A stretch of DNA of 20,000 nt from IMG/VR virus record IMGVR_UViG_3300008952_000034, positions 52,663 to 72,662 of that record. One strand, 5' to 3'. Position 1 is the stretch's first letter, and each line of letters opens with the position of its first letter. This DNA comes from an uncultured virus (IMG/VR IMGVR_UViG_3300008952_000034) (Duplodnaviria > Heunggongvirae > Uroviricota > Caudoviricetes). The translations under genes were made by a program, and so were the position numbers. Positions 14,696 to 20,000 of the stretch are shown here, piece after piece. The notes under the pieces are model-generated. The model saw only the letters and a program-made list of their open reading frames with translations. It searched no databases and was not told the origin of the DNA.

Positions 14696-16306
14696 GTGCC
14701 AATAGTGAGCATCTCAAGAATTCAGCACAGACGTGGAAAAGCCACTGATCTACCGCAATTAGCGGCTGGAGAATTAGGATGGTCTATTGACGATCAAAAA
14801 TTATACATAGGCAATGGCACCGTAGCCGATGGAGCTCCAGCAGTAGGCAACACAGAAATAATGACTTCTGGCAGTTCAGGATTTACAACTGCTTTATCAT
14901 ATGTTTATAAAGGATACTTAGGAGATTCAACACCAATAACAACTGGTGCTACTGGAGATGTTAGTAGAACATTACAAGCAACATTAGATGATCACGTTTC
15001 GGTTAAGGCATTTGGTGCTGTAGGAGATGGATCAACAGCAGATGTAGTAGCAATACAAAGAGCACTTGATGAACTGTATTCAGAAACAGATCAAGACGAC
15101 GTACGATCAAGAAGAATTTTATTTTTTCCAGCAGGAACATACAACATAGCAACTTCAATAACTATTCCACCTTATGCACATTTAGTAGGTGAAGGTCCAG
15201 GCAAAACAATTTTATATCAAGCAGGTGGAAACGCACCTGTGGCAGTTACCGAAGATGATGACGGACAAGTATTTGGAAGTATAGGTAATAGTGGTGCAAC
15301 TACTCCAACACAAATTCAAATACAAGGAATTTGTTTTAAAAATGGTGAAGCATATGGTGGACTATCTATTGACAATGCAACTCACGTTTATCTTAAAGAC
15401 TGTAAATTTCAAGGAACATATGCGGCAAGTGGTGCAGACGCATCAAATTCAAAAGGTGTTACAGTAAGAAGTACAACTGCTTTACCTTGTTCAAATATTG
15501 TATTTGATCAATGTCAATTTTCAAAATTTGCAAGACTAGTAGATATGTCTTATGATGTAACAAGTGTAAGATTTAATAATTGTGATTTTACAATTTCTTA
15601 TTATGGAGCGATGTTAGGTGAAACAATGGATGGCTCTACAAATGGATTAACTAAAGGACCAAGAAATGTTCAATTTAATTCTTCTAGTTGGAGTTCAATT
15701 GGACAACAAGCAATTTATGTTAAACCAGCCGCTGGAGCAGATTCAGGAACAGGAGCAAGAAATATTATTTCACATGGTAACTGGTTTGCATCAACAGTTG
15801 CAAATAATTTCGAAGGTGTTGGATCAATTAGAGAAGTTCCAATTATACAATTTGACAATGATGAATGTTCTTCTGTACTAGACTTTTTTGAAAGAACAGA
15901 TTTAAGAAGAGCAGATGGTAGTTCAGAATTAAATGCCGCTCCAGAATTACAAGGAATTGGAATAACAACCAAAGCAATTAAACAAGCAACTTTAGCAAAC
16001 AACACATCGTCGGCCACTACGATATACGATTTTCCAGCATTGAATGATAAGTCACTTTTAATAAAATATAAAATAAAAAGAGGGACTACTTACAGAGTTG
16101 GCGAACTTATAATTAACGCATCAACTACCGCAGTATCATATGATGATACATTTAATGAAAGCAATGGTTCTGTTGGAGTAACTCTTTCAGCCGCTATGGA
16201 AAGTAAAGATTCTACAGCAGGTAATGAAACAGTAGCATTACAATACACTACAACGAACACTGGTACTGATGCTACACTGGATTATCAAGTAACTATCATA
16301 GCATAA
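14696..16306 (+). CDS. virion tail/baseplate-associated protein: Mtd_N-like N-terminus plus pectate lyase 3-like beta-helix
   Basis: RIQHRRG...L..GELGWSIDDQKLYIGNG; SVKAFGAVGDGSTADVVAIQRAL, LFFPAGTYNI, LVGEG..KTIL; repeated F..C.F beta-helix rungs. GTG start with AGGA 14681-14684; TAAATA at 14651 and 14669. Confidence 0.8.
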   Translation: MPIVSISRIQHRRGKATDLPQLAAGELGWSIDDQKLYIGNGTVADGAPAVGNTEIMTSGSSGFTTALSYVYKGYLGDSTPITTGATGDVSRTLQATLDDHVSVKAFGAVGDGSTADVVAIQRALDELYSETDQDDVRSRRILFFPAGTYNIATSITIPPYAHLVGEGPGKTILYQAGGNAPVAVTEDDDGQVFGSIGNSGATTPTQIQIQGICFKNGEAYGGLSIDNATHVYLKDCKFQGTYAASGADASNSKGVTVRSTTALPCSNIVFDQCQFSKFARLVDMSYDVTSVRFNNCDFTISYYGAMLGETMDGSTNGLTKGPRNVQFNSSSWSSIGQQAIYVKPAAGADSGTGARNIISHGNWFASTVANNFEGVGSIREVPIIQFDNDECSSVLDFFERTDLRRADGSSELNAAPELQGIGITTKAIKQATLANNTSSATTIYDFPALNDKSLLIKYKIKRGTTYRVGELIINASTTAVSYDDTFNESNGSVGVTLSAAMESKDSTAGNETVALQYTTTNTGTDATLDYQVTIIA

Positions 16307-16402
16307 CCTGAAAACGTTGATCCTTGTCCATGGCATCATAAGTATCGTGAATATAGACACTTTGAAGAGTACTTAATCAGCTACTTAAATTCAAAGTTGT
16401 AA
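16307..16402 (+). pseudogene. start-less coding remnant (or read-through extension) in frame with the tail gene
   Basis: 31 sense codons PENVDPCPWHHKYREYRHFEEYLISYLNSKL* directly after TAA 16304-16306. Confidence 0.4.
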
Positions 16403-16423
16403 ATAAAAATTTCATATAACCGG

Positions 16424-16451
16424 TAGACAAATTTTTTTTCATCTATATAAT
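16424..16451 (+). promoter_or_regulatory. sigma70-type promoter for nrdAB, TAGACA-N16-TATAAT
   Basis: TAGACA 16424-16429, TATAAT 16446-16451, and a second TATAAT at 16456-16461. Confidence 0.6.
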
Positions 16452-16557
16452 AGTATATAATAAAATAGCAAAACGACAACCAAACTACGCACATACGGCT
16501 CATGATAAAAAGACAAAATAAAAATAAAAAACCTTGGAAAGTGAAAATACGATAAAT

Positions 16558-18990
16558 ATGGATATACAAATCAGAGAAAAAAAATTTAAAAAATTAATGA
16601 CACAAACTAATTCTTCCAAAATTCAAGTAAAAAAAAGAGATGGAAGATTAGAACCTTTAGACATTAACAAAATTCATTTCGTTGTTGAAGAAGCCTGTGA
16701 AAATCTTCCAGGTGTATCAGCATCACAAATTCAAATGAATGCCAACATACAATTTTATGATGGCATGACTACAAAAGATATTCAAAATGTTTTAGTAAGA
16801 TCAGCAAATGATTTAATAACTCTAGACCAACCTAACTATCAATACGCCGCGGCAAGATTACTTTCTTATGATATAAGAAAAGAAGCCCATGGACAATACG
16901 AATACATTCCGTTATTAAAATTACTTTTAAGAAATATTCGAAACAATGTTTACGATAAAGAAATTATAGACAAGTATTCTAAAACAGAAATTAAAAAATT
17001 AAACACTTGGATAAGAAGAGACAGAGATTTAAAATTTACATATGCAGGATTAAGACAAGTAGTAGACAAATATCTTGTACAAGATAGAAGCTCAGGACAA
17101 TTATATGAAACACCACAAGATATGTATATGATGATAGCCGCAACATTGTTTGCTGACTATCCTGAAAAAACAAGACTATCTTATGTTAAAAAATATTATG
17201 ATGCAATCTCATTACACAAAATCAATATACCAACTCCAGTTATGGCAGGTGTAAGAACTCCTGTTCGTCAATTTGCGAGTTGTGTGTTGGTGGACATAGA
17301 CGACACTCTACCCTCTATATTTTCTGGCGACATGGCAATTGGATTGTATGTTGCCAGAAGAGCAGGTATAGGAATTAATGCAGGACGTATTAGAGGAATT
17401 AATTCTAGAATTAGAGGTGGAGAAGTTCAACACACAGGAGTGATTCCGTTTCTAAAAAAATTCGAATCAACTGTAAGATGTTGTACACAAAACGGAGTAC
17501 GTGGAGGTAACGCAACTGTCCACTTCCCAATTTGGCATCCTGAAATAGAAGACATTCTAGTTTTAAAAAATAACAAAGGTACAGAAGATAACAGAGTAAG
17601 ACGAATGGATTACTCAATACAAATTTCTAAATTGTTTTATGAAAGATTTATTAACGATGAAGATATTAGTTTAATATCACCGCACCTTGCTCCAGGATTA
17701 TATGATGCATTTGGTACAGAAGAGTTTGATGACTTATATGAAAAATATGAGGAAGATAAAAGTATTCCAAAAAAAATTGTTAAGGCACAAGATTTATTTT
17801 TTGACCTTTTAAAAGAAAGAGCAGAGACAGGTAGAATTTATATAATGAATATAGATCACGCAAACACACATTCAAGTTTTAAAGACAAAGTATCAATGTC
17901 AAACTTATGTCAAGAAATTACATTACCCACAACCCCTATACAACATATAGATGATGAAAAAGGAGAAATTGCTTTATGTATTCTTTCTGCAATTAATGTT
18001 GGTGCTATAAATGATGTAAGTGAACTAGGCAACTTATGTGACGTATCAGTAAGAGCATTAGAACAAATTATTGACTATCAAAGATACCCCGTTAAAGCGG
18101 CAGAGATAAGCACTAAAGCACGAAGAAGCCTAGGCATAGGATATATAGGCTTGGCCCACTATCTAGCAAAAAATGGTGTAAAATATTCTGATCCTAAGGC
18201 TTGTGAATTAGTTGATAGACTTTCAGAAGCATTTCAATATTACCTATTAAGAACAAGTTGTGATATTGCAGAAGAAAAAGGTAAGTGTACCGCATTTGAT
18301 AAAACAAAATATGCAGACGGATTGCTACCAATTGATCACTACAAAAAAGAAGTAGATAAAATTGTACCACACAAACAAAGAATGGCGTGGGAAAGTTTAA
18401 GAAAAGATATTGCAAAATATGGATTAAGACATTCTACATTGTCAGCACAAATGCCTTCAGAAAGTTCTTCAGTTGTTAGTAATGAAACAAATGGAATTGA
18501 ACCTCCAAGAGCATTACTATCCATTAAGAAAAGTAAAAAAGGTCCACTAAAACAAATTATACCAGGTTATCCTAAACTTAAAAACGATTATACTTTATTA
18601 TGGGATATGACAAGCAACGAAGGATATATTAATATTGTATCAGTAATGCAAAAATATTTTGATCAAGCAATATCAGGTAACTGGAGTTACAACCCTTTAC
18701 AATATGAAAACAACGAGGTGCCATTATCAGTAATGGCTCAAGATATGTTAACTTCATACAAATATGGTTGGAAAACTGTATACTATCAAAATACGTATGA
18801 TTTTAAAGGCGAAGAAGAAGAGGTCCAACCAGCAGGATTAAGTGCGGTAATAGAAGATGACAACGGAGAAGACGTAGAATTACAACTATCAGATAGACAA
18901 ATTGTTAACGGTCATGCTAAAGTTAATACTGGTGTAGATATTACTGCTAGTGCTAACAACGACGAAGATTGTGACGCCTGCACAATATAA
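16558..18990 (+). CDS. nrdA: class Ia ribonucleoside-diphosphate reductase alpha subunit with ATP-cone (start 16558 or 16597)
   Basis: ATP-cone VKKRDGRLEPLD..KI; PTPVMAG, FASCVL, QNGVRGG, SNLCQEI, ALCILS, MPSESSS, YY dyad (TVYYQNT), C-terminal CDAC. Confidence 0.97.
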   Translation: MDIQIREKKFKKLMTQTNSSKIQVKKRDGRLEPLDINKIHFVVEEACENLPGVSASQIQMNANIQFYDGMTTKDIQNVLVRSANDLITLDQPNYQYAAARLLSYDIRKEAHGQYEYIPLLKLLLRNIRNNVYDKEIIDKYSKTEIKKLNTWIRRDRDLKFTYAGLRQVVDKYLVQDRSSGQLYETPQDMYMMIAATLFADYPEKTRLSYVKKYYDAISLHKINIPTPVMAGVRTPVRQFASCVLVDIDDTLPSIFSGDMAIGLYVARRAGIGINAGRIRGINSRIRGGEVQHTGVIPFLKKFESTVRCCTQNGVRGGNATVHFPIWHPEIEDILVLKNNKGTEDNRVRRMDYSIQISKLFYERFINDEDISLISPHLAPGLYDAFGTEEFDDLYEKYEEDKSIPKKIVKAQDLFFDLLKERAETGRIYIMNIDHANTHSSFKDKVSMSNLCQEITLPTTPIQHIDDEKGEIALCILSAINVGAINDVSELGNLCDVSVRALEQIIDYQRYPVKAAEISTKARRSLGIGYIGLAHYLAKNGVKYSDPKACELVDRLSEAFQYYLLRTSCDIAEEKGKCTAFDKTKYADGLLPIDHYKKEVDKIVPHKQRMAWESLRKDIAKYGLRHSTLSAQMPSESSSVVSNETNGIEPPRALLSIKKSKKGPLKQIIPGYPKLKNDYTLLWDMTSNEGYINIVSVMQKYFDQAISGNWSYNPLQYENNEVPLSVMAQDMLTSYKYGWKTVYYQNTYDFKGEEEEVQPAGLSAVIEDDNGEDVELQLSDRQIVNGHAKVNTGVDITASANNDEDCDACTI

Positions 18991-18991
18991 T

Positions 18992-18997
18992 TAAATA
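18992..18997 (+). promoter_or_regulatory. late-promoter-like TAAATA, 8 nt before the nrdB ATG
   Basis: TAAATA-caactata-ATG with no SD. Confidence 0.5.
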
Positions 18998-19005
18998 CAA
19001 CTATA

Positions 19006-20000
19006 ATGAGTAAAACTATTTTTAATCAGTCTAAGATAGACTTCACTAAACAACCAATGTTCTTTGGTGAAGATCAAAACGTACAAAGGTTTGATACCTA
19101 CAAGTATCCTATATTTGATAAACTAACACAAACACAACTAGGATACTTTTGGAGACCTGAGGAAGTATCATTACAAAAAGACAGATCAGATTACGCACAG
19201 TTCCGTCCAGAGCAAAAGCATATCTTTACATCTAATTTAAAATATCAAACACTATTAGATAGTGTACAAGGACGTGGTCCAGTAATTGCATTTTTACCAT
19301 ATTGTTCACTACCAGAGTTGGAGGCTTGTATTGTTGTATGGGATTTCTTTGAAACACTACACTCACGTTCTTACACACATATTATTAAAAATATATATCC
19401 AAACCCAAGTGACGTACTTGATAAAATTGTAGATAACGAACAAATATTAAAAAGAGCAACATCAGTTACAAAATATTATGATGAATTTATTGAATATGCA
19501 AAACAATGGGACGTTAATGGAAAAGGATCAACAAGAGTATTAAAGAAAAAGCTATATCTAGCAATGGCAAATGTTAATATATTAGAAGGATTAAGATTCT
19601 ATGTTTCGTTTGCTTGTACCTTTGCATTTGGTGAATTAAAACTTATGGAAGGTTCTGCTAAAATATTATCATTAATTGCACGTGATGAATCACAACACCT
19701 AGCAATTACAACACATATCATTAAAAATTGGATAAATGGTGATGACCCTGAAATGAAGCCACTTATAAAAGAATGTAAAGATGAAGTAATTAAAATGTGG
19801 AAAAATTGTATTAATGAAGAAAAACAATGGTGCAACTATCTATTCAAAGATGGATCAATAATTGGACTTAATGAACGACTACTATCCAAATATGTAGATT
19901 TTATTGCAAATAAAAGAATGAAAGCATTAGGATTTGATCCAATATTTGATGCACCAAAACTAGATCCACTACCATGGACGCAACATTGGTTAAGTTCTAA
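19006..20000 (+). CDS. nrdB: class Ia ribonucleotide reductase beta subunit, 3'-truncated by the window (absent from ORF track)
   Basis: MSKTIFNQ..QPMFFG..FWRPEEVSLQKD..QTLLDSVQGR..FETLHSRSYTHI (radical Tyr)..ILEGLRFYVSF..RDESQH..PLPWTQHWLSS. Frame stays open to the window end. Confidence 0.97.
   Translation, partial: MSKTIFNQSKIDFTKQPMFFGEDQNVQRFDTYKYPIFDKLTQTQLGYFWRPEEVSLQKDRSDYAQFRPEQKHIFTSNLKYQTLLDSVQGRGPVIAFLPYCSLPELEACIVVWDFFETLHSRSYTHIIKNIYPNPSDVLDKIVDNEQILKRATSVTKYYDEFIEYAKQWDVNGKGSTRVLKKKLYLAMANVNILEGLRFYVSFACTFAFGELKLMEGSAKILSLIARDESQHLAITTHIIKNWINGDDPEMKPLIKECKDEVIKMWKNCINEEKQWCNYLFKDGSIIGLNERLLSKYVDFIANKRMKALGFDPIFDAPKLDPLPWTQHWLSS

Noticed and set aside
14696..16306. Diversity-generating retroelement target, suggested by the Mtd_N-like N-terminus
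   Set aside because: No reverse transcriptase, no template/variable repeat pair and no C-type lectin C-terminus in the window.
16441..16462. NrdR box upstream of nrdA
   Set aside because: CTATATAATAGTATATAATA is only loosely similar to the palindromic NrdR consensus and is better explained as tandem TATAAT -10 elements.
150..19835. Short ORFs nested in longer genes (150-344, 412-645, 664-861, 1660-1860, 6383-6586, 8953-9201, 9944-10153, 10987-11169, 11190-11378, 11330-11563, 11941-12216, 12975-13244, 15666-15881, 15715-16017, 16381-16569, 17411-17617, 18194-18415, 18339-18524, 19599-19835)
   Set aside because: Antisense or alternate-frame shadows of well-supported genes, or low-complexity translations of AT-rich spacer, with no motifs or initiation signals.
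16558..20000. Intein, group I intron or homing endonuclease in nrdA/nrdB
   Set aside because: Both frames are continuous with motifs at normal spacing, and the nrdA-nrdB gap is only 15 nt.
19998..20000. Terminal TAA as the nrdB stop
   Set aside because: It is out of frame (TCT AA..), so the gene runs past the window.
1..20000. Stop-codon reassignment (alternative genetic code)
   Set aside because: Recognisable genes are full length in the standard code, and TAG and TGA both terminate genes at sensible junctions.

Overview
AT-rich, gene-dense segment of a large tailed-phage genome. It is T4-superfamily-like in its nrdAB, exonuclease and TAAATA late-promoter motif. A marine, low-GC, possibly alphaproteobacterial host is inference only. 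Conserved-looking virion and hypothetical genes (a DUF6267-like ligase-fold protein, a 4-member family of small paralogous putative structural proteins, a scaffold-like acidic protein, an Mtd_N/pectate-lyase-type beta-helix protein) are interleaved with modification and accessory enzymes. These are two SAM methyltransferases, a GT10-like glycosyltransferase, two sulfotransferase-like proteins, a Cys-type glutathione peroxidase and two twitch-domain radical SAM enzymes. The window ends with class Ia ribonucleotide reductase nrdA and a truncated nrdB that is missing from the ORF track. Most notable, and not in the ORF track: (i) a 49-aa, 10-Cys metallothionein-like ORF; (ii) two divergent junctions with identical CAT-N7-TANNTA-N5-ATG geometry, suggesting one bidirectional hexamer driving leaderless mRNAs; (iii) a three-copy bipartite intergenic motif TAACTACT...TTACCAAA; (iv) a 10-nt-periodic AGGCA array in the leader of a holin-like gene; (v) an in-frame coding remnant behind the tail-protein stop. 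No tRNA, rRNA, CRISPR array, intron, intein or IS element was seen. Family assignments come from motif recognition, not database searches.
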